This document shows, piece after piece, positions 1 through 7,924 of a DNA stretch of 64,000 nucleotides. The DNA comes from Fidelibacterota bacterium. Lineage in GTDB: Bacteria; Fidelibacterota; UBA8477; JABMPR01. A program made the translations under genes and the position numbers. The notes beneath the pieces are model-generated. The model was given only the letters and a program-made list of their open reading frames with translations. It was not told where the DNA came from and made no database searches. The stretch covers positions 10,512 through 74,511 of the forward strand of contig JABIFG010000272.1 in assembly GCA_018650795.1 (NCBI GenBank). Reading direction: 5' to 3'. The first letter of the stretch is position 1. The number at the start of each line of letters is the position of its first letter.

Positions 1-1044
1 GATTTTCTCTCTCTGGGTTCCCTGGTACACCGTTTGGATCCAGGACGGATCCCTTTCCGTAAAGCACGGTCAGTTAACATTCACGTTTCAGGTGGGGAAT
101 ACAATGCCGCCGCAAATCTGGCGGATTGTTTTGGCTTAAAAACGGGAATAGCGACGGCTATGGTGAATTACGGTATTGGTGAATTAGTCCATACTCGGGT
201 TCAGGAAATGGGCGTCAGACCCTTTTATAAGCATTTTGAACATGATGGTGCCCGAGGTCCCAATATTGCCACAGTTTATAGTGATGTAGGCTATGGTGTC
301 AGGCCTCCCGTAGTATTCTACAATCGCGCAAATGAAGCTGGTGCGATGCTCAAGCCAGGTGATTTCGATTGGGAAGACATCTTTAGCAAAGGTGTGCGGT
401 GGTTCCATTCCGGTGGCATTTATGCATCATTGTCAGAGACCACTTCAGAGCTAATCATTGAAGCTATGCAAGTTGCCAAACGTCATGGTGCAGTGACTTC
501 CTTTGATTTGAACTACCGTGGAAAACTGTGGGAGTCAATGGGTGGTCTTGCTCAGGCTCAAGCAACCTTTAAAAAAATTGTGCAACATGTTGATGTTTTG
601 ATCGGTAATGAAGAAGACCTGCAGATGGGCTTGGGCGTAAAGGGTCCTGATGTTGAGAAAAAATCCAAATTAGACACATCAAAGTTTTTTCAGATGATGT
701 CAGACGTGAACCGGGATTATCCCAATGTTAAAATGGTCGCAACGACCCTGCGCGAAGTTGAGTCGGCTAATCGCCATCAGTGGGGTGCGGTGGTCTGGAC
801 CAAGGGACAGCAAGCCATTAGTCCCACTTGTGAGCTGGGAGTGATTGATCGCATTGGCGGGGGAGACGGTTTTGCATCCGGCTTAATTTACGGTTTACTC
901 GATGGTCGTGATCTCGATGAAGTCCTGCGACTGGGATGGGCACATGGAGCCTTATCAACAACTTTTCCCGGTGACGTTACCATGGCCAGACTTCCAGAAG
1001 TAGAGGCCTTTGCGAAGGGAGGCTCCGCTCGAGTGCAAAGATAG
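1..1044 (+). CDS. PfkB-family sugar kinase (KdgK-like), 5'-truncated by window edge
   Basis: Frame 1 is open from base 1 (DFLSLGSLVHRLDPG). Motifs GGEYN, SFDLNYR, NEED and the PfkB signature DRIGGGDGF. Confidence 0.85.
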   Translation, partial: DFLSLGSLVHRLDPGRIPFRKARSVNIHVSGGEYNAAANLADCFGLKTGIATAMVNYGIGELVHTRVQEMGVRPFYKHFEHDGARGPNIATVYSDVGYGVRPPVVFYNRANEAGAMLKPGDFDWEDIFSKGVRWFHSGGIYASLSETTSELIIEAMQVAKRHGAVTSFDLNYRGKLWESMGGLAQAQATFKKIVQHVDVLIGNEEDLQMGLGVKGPDVEKKSKLDTSKFFQMMSDVNRDYPNVKMVATTLREVESANRHQWGAVVWTKGQQAISPTCELGVIDRIGGGDGFASGLIYGLLDGRDLDEVLRLGWAHGALSTTFPGDVTMARLPEVEAFAKGGSARVQR

Positions 1045-1070
1045 GGAACTTCAACTTTGTAGAAGCTACT

Positions 1071-1853
1071 ATGAGTTCCGTGGAATATTTAGCCCTGGAT
1101 TTTGATGGAGTCGTTTCTGACAGTATCAAGGAATGCCTGGCAACCGCTTTCAATGCCTTTTCCCGCCAGCAAGGTGACTCAGTTTTTAGAACCGATATTT
1201 CTCAATTCTCAAGTGAGGAAATTCAGACCTTTGAGAGGACCCGGAGTTTTATTCGGCGGGGTGAGGACTATGTATACTTGCTCAAAGCGGCTGCTGATGA
1301 GGTTACTATCAAATCTCAAAACGATTTTGATGCATTCACTTCAAGCCATGAAAGCTTGCGTAGCGTCTATCGTGAACTTTTCTATGCACAGCGACAGAGA
1401 CTGCAGACAGAATATTTAGAAGAATGGCTGGCCCTCAATCCCCTTTATCCCAATCTCGAGACATTTCTCCAGAGGATTCATGATCCTGCCTGCATCTTTA
1501 TTGTGACCACAAAAGATCTGGTCTCAGTTAAGTTAATCCTGAATGCGCATGGTATTGAACTAGGTCCTGATCAATTATTTCAAGCAACTAAGCATTACCG
1601 AAAACCTCAGATACTTAACCATATCCTGGAGATGAACCAAATTGGTTCGAACCAGATCATCTTCATCGATGATCATGCGGACACTATCCTGGAAGTCTCT
1701 AAAAACACTGATTTACGCTGTTATTTTGCAGGGTGGGGATACCATTCAAAAGACCAACTAGACCAGATGCTGGAATCCCATACTCAGATTCTTACATCAG
1801 GTGAATTTGTTTCGAAGCATATGCATTTGACCACAACGGATAAACAATCTTAG
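1071..1853 (+). CDS. HAD-superfamily hydrolase
   Basis: Motif I LDFDGV, motif II VTTK, motif IV FIDD. Confidence 0.75.
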   Translation: MSSVEYLALDFDGVVSDSIKECLATAFNAFSRQQGDSVFRTDISQFSSEEIQTFERTRSFIRRGEDYVYLLKAAADEVTIKSQNDFDAFTSSHESLRSVYRELFYAQRQRLQTEYLEEWLALNPLYPNLETFLQRIHDPACIFIVTTKDLVSVKLILNAHGIELGPDQLFQATKHYRKPQILNHILEMNQIGSNQIIFIDDHADTILEVSKNTDLRCYFAGWGYHSKDQLDQMLESHTQILTSGEFVSKHMHLTTTDKQS

Positions 1854-1864
1854 GAATATAAAAA

Positions 1865-2404
1865 TTGGATTTCAAACATAATCTTTCTGCTGAATTATGG
1901 GCACTTACAAAGGGGCGTATGACCACTGTTGTTTTGGATGTTTTCATACTAACTGCTCTATATACCAGCGTGATGTTTGCCCATTTACTACCCATCCCGC
2001 TTTACCAATTAGACCCGATGAAATTATTGCTAATGGGTGCCATCATATACTCTTCCCGTGGGAATGCCATTTTAATGGCAGTTTCCCTGCCCATATTCTC
2101 AACCCTCGCTGTAGGACATCCCATATTTCCCAAGAATTTAATTATCAGTATCGAGTTGATCATATTTACAGGGGTTATCACGTCATTAGGGTTCCATCGC
2201 TTTGGCAGTAGTGTCCAATTCCTACTGGCTGTTTTGATTTCTAAAATCGCGTATTACCTGCTTAAAGCTGCACTGATTTCATTTGGAATGCTCAATGCGT
2301 CACTATTCTCCACGGGAATGGGAATGCAAATGATAAGTGTGGGTATTCTTTTTAGTGTTTTTTGGCTGATGAAGTTGCAGTTAACGAAAAAACCTGCTAC
2401 ATAG
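1865..2404 (+). CDS. Hypothetical integral membrane protein
   Basis: About 5 hydrophobic segments, no recognised motif, start uncertain. Confidence 0.55.
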   Translation: MDFKHNLSAELWALTKGRMTTVVLDVFILTALYTSVMFAHLLPIPLYQLDPMKLLLMGAIIYSSRGNAILMAVSLPIFSTLAVGHPIFPKNLIISIELIIFTGVITSLGFHRFGSSVQFLLAVLISKIAYYLLKAALISFGMLNASLFSTGMGMQMISVGILFSVFWLMKLQLTKKPAT

Positions 2405-2478
2405 ATCGGCATAATAATAGTTTATCGTTAATTCAATATCCTGATTAAAATGGAAGCATAAATTGATGTATCACGTGT

Positions 2479-3159
2479 TTGATAGGTACATTCAATCTGC
2501 TTATATACCAGCCAACTGGACTTAAGAAGGAGCCCCTTATCTCAAAACAAACCACTGTTGAAGCGCTCATCTTTGATTTGGGCGGAGTCCTGATTGATAT
2601 TGACTTTGAGCAGGTATTCAAACGTTGGGTTAAACTCTCTGAGCTGACGATCAGTGAGATCCGTCAGCGATTTTCCATGGATGAGGCATATAAGAAGCAC
2701 GAACGTGGAGAGTTTAACGCAGAACAATATTTTAGCTATCTACGTGAGCTGCTCCACCTCAAGGCCAACGACGGGGAGATCGCCCGGGGCTGGAACTCGA
2801 TCTTTGTCGGTGAGATACCAGCCACTATGGACTATATCTATTCTGCAAAAGCTCATCTGCCATGCTATGCTTTCACCAACTCTAATCCAACTCATCAAGC
2901 CAGCTGGGGGGCTGCCTATCCCAATGTGGTGCAGGCATTTGATCAGATATTTGTATCTTCTGATATGGGATTAAGAAAACCTGAACCGGCTGCATTCTCA
3001 GCTATTTCAACTGCGATTGGGGTCAGATTAGAAGGCATGCTCTTTTTCGATGATACTGTAGAAAATATCGTCGCAGCCCAGGCAATGGGTATCCAAACCG
3101 TTCTAGTAAAGCAACCATCTGATATCAAACAAGCATTGATCAGCAGGGAAATCCTCTAA
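2479..3159 (+). CDS. HAD-family phosphatase (YihX-like); true start may be 2539
   Basis: IFDLGGV, FTNSN, GLRKPEP, FFDD motifs. SD AAGGAG at 2527-2532. Confidence 0.8.
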   Translation: MIGTFNLLIYQPTGLKKEPLISKQTTVEALIFDLGGVLIDIDFEQVFKRWVKLSELTISEIRQRFSMDEAYKKHERGEFNAEQYFSYLRELLHLKANDGEIARGWNSIFVGEIPATMDYIYSAKAHLPCYAFTNSNPTHQASWGAAYPNVVQAFDQIFVSSDMGLRKPEPAAFSAISTAIGVRLEGMLFFDDTVENIVAAQAMGIQTVLVKQPSDIKQALISREIL

Positions 3160-3163
3160 CACA

Positions 3164-3207
3164 TTTGTAGTGTAGGGATGTAGCATGCTACATCCCTACA
3201 CTACAAA
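3164..3207. repeat. Perfect 44-bp palindrome, GTAG-type REP-like element
   Basis: TTTGTAGTGTAGGGATGTAGCATGCTACATCCCTACACTACAAA equals its own reverse complement and begins 4 nt after a stop codon. Confidence 0.85.
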
Positions 3208-3221
3208 ATATACATCCAAAC

Positions 3222-3251
3222 CTATACGTTCTTCGCGTTCTCTGCGGTTAA
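3222..3251 (-). repeat. Solo copy of the GxxExxY-cassette end repeat
   Basis: Minus strand reads TTAAC-CGCAGAG-AA-CGCGAAG-AA-CGTATAG, the same architecture as 32542-32570 and 32991-33020. Confidence 0.75.
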
Positions 3252-3376
3252 ACGTTTTTTATAAATAATTCGTAACCAAACACATCCTCATCCCTCAAAG
3301 ACCTGTGAACTGAAATATTTGACATGATGAAAATTATATGAGGCGCTGGTACTGGGCCTCGAAAAGGGAGAGCAAA

Positions 3377-3745
3377 ATGACTGAAAATTTAACCAAACAA
3401 GATTTCCTCGATAAAGTATTTGATTACGAGAATGAGAAGGAATGGAAGTATAAAGGCGATACTCCCTGTATTATCGATTTCTGGGCTGAATGGTGTGGAC
3501 CCTGTAAAGCAGTGGCGCCTGTTCTGGAAGAACTTTCAAATGAGTATGAAGGCAAAGTAATAGTTTATAAAGTGGACACAGAAACTGAGCAAGAACTCGC
3601 TGGTGTATTCGGTATCCGCAGTATTCCATCACTTCTGTTTGTTCCACTCGGTGAAAAACCACAGATGGCTGCTGGAGCCCTTCCTAAAGAACAGTTTGTC
3701 CAGGCTTTCCAGGACGTTCTTGGAGTAGCCCCCGTAACAGCTTAA
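3377..3745 (+). CDS. trxA: Thioredoxin
   Basis: WCGPC active site. ATG at 3377 is preceded by AGGGAG. Confidence 0.93.
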   Translation: MTENLTKQDFLDKVFDYENEKEWKYKGDTPCIIDFWAEWCGPCKAVAPVLEELSNEYEGKVIVYKVDTETEQELAGVFGIRSIPSLLFVPLGEKPQMAAGALPKEQFVQAFQDVLGVAPVTA

Positions 3746-3766
3746 CGATCGAAAGACTTACCTCCT

Positions 3767-3800
3767 AAAAAAGCGTCAATTCATCTTGACGCTTTTTTTT
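3767..3800 (+). terminator. Intrinsic terminator, probably bidirectional
   Basis: AAAAAAGCGTCAA-TTCATC-TTGACGCTTTTTTTT after trxA. Confidence 0.85.
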
Positions 3801-4000
3801 ATACTATACCATGCTGGGATTCGAATTCCAGCCTAGAAATTGAACCCACCCAGATATTGATCCACAATCAGGCAATTAAATCCCCGCCTGGGAAACTGTT
3901 GATTTACATAATATCCCAATCTTCTGAACTCATCAAATTCAAAACCCTTCCCTCCATGCCTGTATCATCTATATTGAGCGCAAATGGAAGCTGAGGACAG

Positions 4001-4954
4001 TTGAATTCTAAAGTCATAGCAGGTGTAGATGAAGCCGGTCGAGGCCCTTTAGCGGGTCCTGTTGTAGCATCTGCAGTTGTCTTAAATCCACAGGATATCC
4101 CTGAGGGATTAAGAGATTCCAAAAAACTCAGTGAAAAACGACGGAATGTTATAGCTGTTGAGATCAAATCCAAAGCTTTGTCTATTGGGGTAGGAATCGT
4201 CCATGAACAGGATATAGATCGGAACAATATCCTCCAGGCCACCTTTGAAGCCATGCGTCAGGCTATCTCCAATCTTAATTACGAAATCAAACAGGTCCAG
4301 GTCGATGGTAATCATAAGATTCCTGGTCTTCGGATAGCTCAGGAATGCATTATAGGTGGTGATGATCTGGTTCCTGAAATCAGTGCTGCCAGTATTATTG
4401 CCAAAACAACCAGAGATGCCATGATGATCTCATATGATAGGCTATTCCCTGATTACGGATTTAAGTCACACAAGGGCTATGGTTCAAAAGTTCATATGGA
4501 AACCCTGAGAGAGTTGGGACGCACGCCTATACATCGACGCAGCTTTCGACCAGTAGATGCTTGCCCAAATAAGAATTACAAGTATTTCAATCTTGAATCT
4601 TCCTACGGCCGCATGGGGGAGATCATTGCAGGAATGCACTTAATACGAAATGGCTACAATCTTCTGGAACACAGTTATCATGCAGGTCGTGATGGTGAAA
4701 TAGACTTGATTGCCTCCAAATCGGATGAGGTCATCTTTGTGGAAGTTAAAAGTTTCGCAGGTGAACTGGACGATACCATTGCTCTGGAAAGGGTAACACC
4801 TGCCAAACAAAAGCAGATTGCCCGGATTGCTGAAAAATATCTCGAAAAAAATGAAACGGCACAACCTGAATGTCGATTTGACATTATCACCGTAAACTTT
4901 TCAGAACCCAAACCACAAATAAACCATTACACCGAAGCATTTTTACCCCTTTAA
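4001..4954 (+). CDS. rnhB: Ribonuclease HII fused to a C-terminal YraN-family nuclease
   Basis: GVDEAGRGPLAGPV, DSKKL, HKGYG, HRRSF, followed in frame by YraN motifs GEIDLIA..IFVEVK..KQKQI..RFDII. Confidence 0.9.
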   Translation: MNSKVIAGVDEAGRGPLAGPVVASAVVLNPQDIPEGLRDSKKLSEKRRNVIAVEIKSKALSIGVGIVHEQDIDRNNILQATFEAMRQAISNLNYEIKQVQVDGNHKIPGLRIAQECIIGGDDLVPEISAASIIAKTTRDAMMISYDRLFPDYGFKSHKGYGSKVHMETLRELGRTPIHRRSFRPVDACPNKNYKYFNLESSYGRMGEIIAGMHLIRNGYNLLEHSYHAGRDGEIDLIASKSDEVIFVEVKSFAGELDDTIALERVTPAKQKQIARIAEKYLEKNETAQPECRFDIITVNFSEPKPQINHYTEAFLPL

Positions 4955-4966
4955 AGGAACACCTCG

Positions 4967-6673
4967 ATGAAATTTATGTCTGTTATATTGTTAAGTCTGA
5001 TCATCAGCATATCGGCTTTGGCTACGCAACCCAGCATTTATGGAGAGAACGGCGTGGTTGTGGCTCATGATCTGGAAGCATGCGAAGCGGGCATTGAAAT
5101 TCTCAAAAAAGGCGGAAATGCTGTGGATGCAGCTGTGGCCGTCAGTTACGCTTTGGCTGTAACCCATCCCCAGGCTGGGAATCTTGGCGGGGGAGGCTTC
5201 ATGGTCATCCATATGGCTGATGGTCAGAAAGCTGCCATCGATTATCGTGAAATGGCACCAGGACAGGCCCACAGAGATATGTTTCTTGATGACAGCGGAA
5301 AAGTGGTTCCACAATTGAGTATTCGAGGGGGACTGGCAGTTGGCGTACCTGGTACGGTTGCCGGTATGCAGCTAGCTCTGGACAAATATGGATCCATGCA
5401 GCGCAAACATGTAATGAAACCTGCCATCAAGCTGGCAAAAAAGGGATTTACTATTCCTTATGACCTGGCCTACTCCTTTGGTTGGCTAAATAAAGCTGCT
5501 GAGGGATTTGATGAAACCAGACGGATATTTTGCCGTGAGGGTGAGATCTATATGCCTGGGGAGATATTTAAACAGCCAGATCTTGCAAAAACCTTAAAAT
5601 TGATCCAAAGAAAGGGCAACGCAGGATTCTATACTGGAAGTGTAGCTGAAGCGCTGATATCGAGCAGCTCAAAGTATGGTGGCAAGCTCAAACTCAAAGA
5701 TCTCACGAATTACACCGCTCACATCCGGAAACCAGTCATTGGCAATTATCGGGGTTTGGAAGTCTTATCAATGCCACCTCCAAGTTCTGGCGGTATTGCC
5801 CTCATTTCTATGCTTAACATGATGGAACCCATGAATTTTGATTCTGTAGGTTGGCACTCTGCCCAGCACATTCAGATGTTGGCTGAAGTTGAGAAAAGAG
5901 CTTATGCTGACAGAAGTGTCTGGCTGGGCGACCCAGATTACTTTACAGTTCCACAGGAAAAGTTGCTTTCAAAAGAATACGCTACACTTCGGATGGTTGA
6001 CTACGATAGCCTTATCGTGACACCAAGTGATTCTATTTACCCATTGAATGACAAGGACTTAGCCGGTATAGAACTCGCTGGTCATGAAAGCGAGGAAACC
6101 ACTCATTTCTCTGTAGTAGATAAATGGGGGAATGCAGTGAGTGTCACCACAACCCTGAATTGGTCCTTTGGATCCTATGTAACTGTGAAAGGTTTTGGAT
6201 TCCTCCTGAACAACGAAATGGATGACTTTAGTTCCAAGCCGGGTGAACCCAATTCCTTTGGTCTTATCGGAAATAAAGCCAATGCCATTGAACCCAAAAA
6301 ACGCATGTTATCAAGTATGACGCCAACAATTCTGGCAAAAGATGGAAAAGTAGTTCTGATTGTCGGTGCACCGGGTGGTTCAACGATTATCACCACAGTC
6401 CTTCAGGTCATCAACAATATGGTTGATTTTGAGATGCCTGTACAGGATGCTGTTAATGTTCCCAGATTCCATCACCAATGGCGTCCAGATGTGATTCACT
6501 ACGGTCCAGGAGCCATAAGTCCTGATACAGCTGTTTTGCTTAAAGCGATGGGCTACGAATTGACTCCACGTTACGGCTATGGAGAGGTAAATGCTATTGC
6601 CCGCGATCAGGTATTCGGTGGCTGGGTTGGAGCGCCTGATCTGAAAACAGCCTCCCATGGAGCCGCTTACTAG
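4967..6673 (+). CDS. ggt: Gamma-glutamyltransferase, secreted
   Basis: Signal peptide, GGNAVDAAVA, IDYRE, autoprocessing site ETTHFSVVD, NNEMDDF, LSSMTP. Confidence 0.95.
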   Translation: MKFMSVILLSLIISISALATQPSIYGENGVVVAHDLEACEAGIEILKKGGNAVDAAVAVSYALAVTHPQAGNLGGGGFMVIHMADGQKAAIDYREMAPGQAHRDMFLDDSGKVVPQLSIRGGLAVGVPGTVAGMQLALDKYGSMQRKHVMKPAIKLAKKGFTIPYDLAYSFGWLNKAAEGFDETRRIFCREGEIYMPGEIFKQPDLAKTLKLIQRKGNAGFYTGSVAEALISSSSKYGGKLKLKDLTNYTAHIRKPVIGNYRGLEVLSMPPPSSGGIALISMLNMMEPMNFDSVGWHSAQHIQMLAEVEKRAYADRSVWLGDPDYFTVPQEKLLSKEYATLRMVDYDSLIVTPSDSIYPLNDKDLAGIELAGHESEETTHFSVVDKWGNAVSVTTTLNWSFGSYVTVKGFGFLLNNEMDDFSSKPGEPNSFGLIGNKANAIEPKKRMLSSMTPTILAKDGKVVLIVGAPGGSTIITTVLQVINNMVDFEMPVQDAVNVPRFHHQWRPDVIHYGPGAISPDTAVLLKAMGYELTPRYGYGEVNAIARDQVFGGWVGAPDLKTASHGAAY

Positions 6674-6784
6674 AAAATCCCAGGTATCAGGTCTATAGAA
6701 AAAACTGAACTTTTAAAAAAATGTACCGTTGAATGAGAATCACTGCATTAAAATGGCAGGATGTGAACATCGGGAGAATGAATT

Positions 6785-7681
6785 TTGAGTGAAAAAGAAA
6801 AAAAGGCAAAACGGTCCAGGAATAGCAGCGCTTTTCGAGGCTTAATGCATATCATCGTTTCTGTACTGATCCTTAGGGCTACAGTCATTGAAGCATATAA
6901 TGTTCCTACCGGCTCCATGGAAACTACTATCAAAATTGGTGACTTCATTCTGGGCAACAAATTCATCTACGGTATTCGAACACCAGATTGGATCGGTATC
7001 CCATGGACCAACTTTGGATTTTCAGTACCCTACTATCGTTTACCTGGATTCGAACAACCCAAAACAGGGGATGTGGTGATTTTTCGCTATCCCAATGATA
7101 AATGGCCTGGTATTCAGATCGGTCCCCACGATCCAAGCTTGAACTATATTAAGCGGTGTATCGCTGGACCGGGTCAAACGCTGGAACTTATTGAAAAAGA
7201 TGTTTTTATTGATGGAGTGCAGTTTGAATTGCCTGAATATGGTCGTGCCTCAAAGTTGAATGTTTATGATGAGGCTTATGATGAGCGCATGATCTTTCCC
7301 CGGGGCATTGGGAATCGGGATTATTTTGGTCCACTGCATATTCCGGCAGCAGGTGACACACTCGTGTTCAGCGAAATAAACCTTGATCATGCTGTGAATG
7401 TCATTTCACTGGAAGGTCATGCGGTTCAACCCGGTTCCTCAGGTCACCTTAACATTGATGGTGAAAGTGCCGATCATTATGTCTGTGAACAGAATCATTA
7501 CTTTATGATGGGCGATAATCGAGACAATTCTCACGATAGTCGGTACTGGGGACTAGTCCCGGAATCGAATATTATTGGTGAAGCAATAGTGACCTACCTG
7601 AGTTGGGAACAAACAGAACCTAATCTTCTTAAGCGAATCTTCAAAATACGTCCTAGTAGAATGTTCAGACTCATTAACTAG
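6785..7681 (+). CDS. lepB: Signal peptidase I
   Basis: VPTGSM (Ser), YIKRCIA (Lys), MGDNRDNSHDSRYWG. Confidence 0.93.
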   Translation: MSEKEKKAKRSRNSSAFRGLMHIIVSVLILRATVIEAYNVPTGSMETTIKIGDFILGNKFIYGIRTPDWIGIPWTNFGFSVPYYRLPGFEQPKTGDVVIFRYPNDKWPGIQIGPHDPSLNYIKRCIAGPGQTLELIEKDVFIDGVQFELPEYGRASKLNVYDEAYDERMIFPRGIGNRDYFGPLHIPAAGDTLVFSEINLDHAVNVISLEGHAVQPGSSGHLNIDGESADHYVCEQNHYFMMGDNRDNSHDSRYWGLVPESNIIGEAIVTYLSWEQTEPNLLKRIFKIRPSRMFRLIN

Positions 7682-7707
7682 CCAGTCATGTAAATGCAAA
7701 TTCAATT

Positions 7708-7739
7708 AAGCACTGCCATTGGTGGTGCTTTTTATATTT
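7708..7739 (+). terminator. Probable intrinsic terminator after lepB
   Basis: AAGCACTGCC-ATT-GGTGGTGCTTTTTATATTT hairpin with T-rich tail. Confidence 0.6.
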
Positions 7740-7924
7740 GTCAGAGAATATTATCCTCGTCACTCCGCTCGGGGAGACAAGCCACCTTACGTAACATTTT
7801 TTTAATCATACTATATAATTCAATTTCCACACTTCCATATTGGGGTGTTGATAACTATAATAGCGCGTTCTTTGCTAAGCTTTTATACATTATTTAAGTA
7901 GTATCTCTAACTTGTTGAGGCACA

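Noticed and set aside
3813..3832. Small palindrome GCTGGGATTCGAATTCCAGC after the trxA terminator
   Set aside because: Single copy in the window; cannot distinguish REP, operator or chance.
7815..7860. DnaA boxes / replication origin
   Set aside because: Only mismatched partial boxes, no cluster and no dnaA context.
7694..7897. 67-aa ORF between lepB and alaS
   Set aside because: It spans a terminator and AT-rich promoter-like DNA and has no motif or SD.
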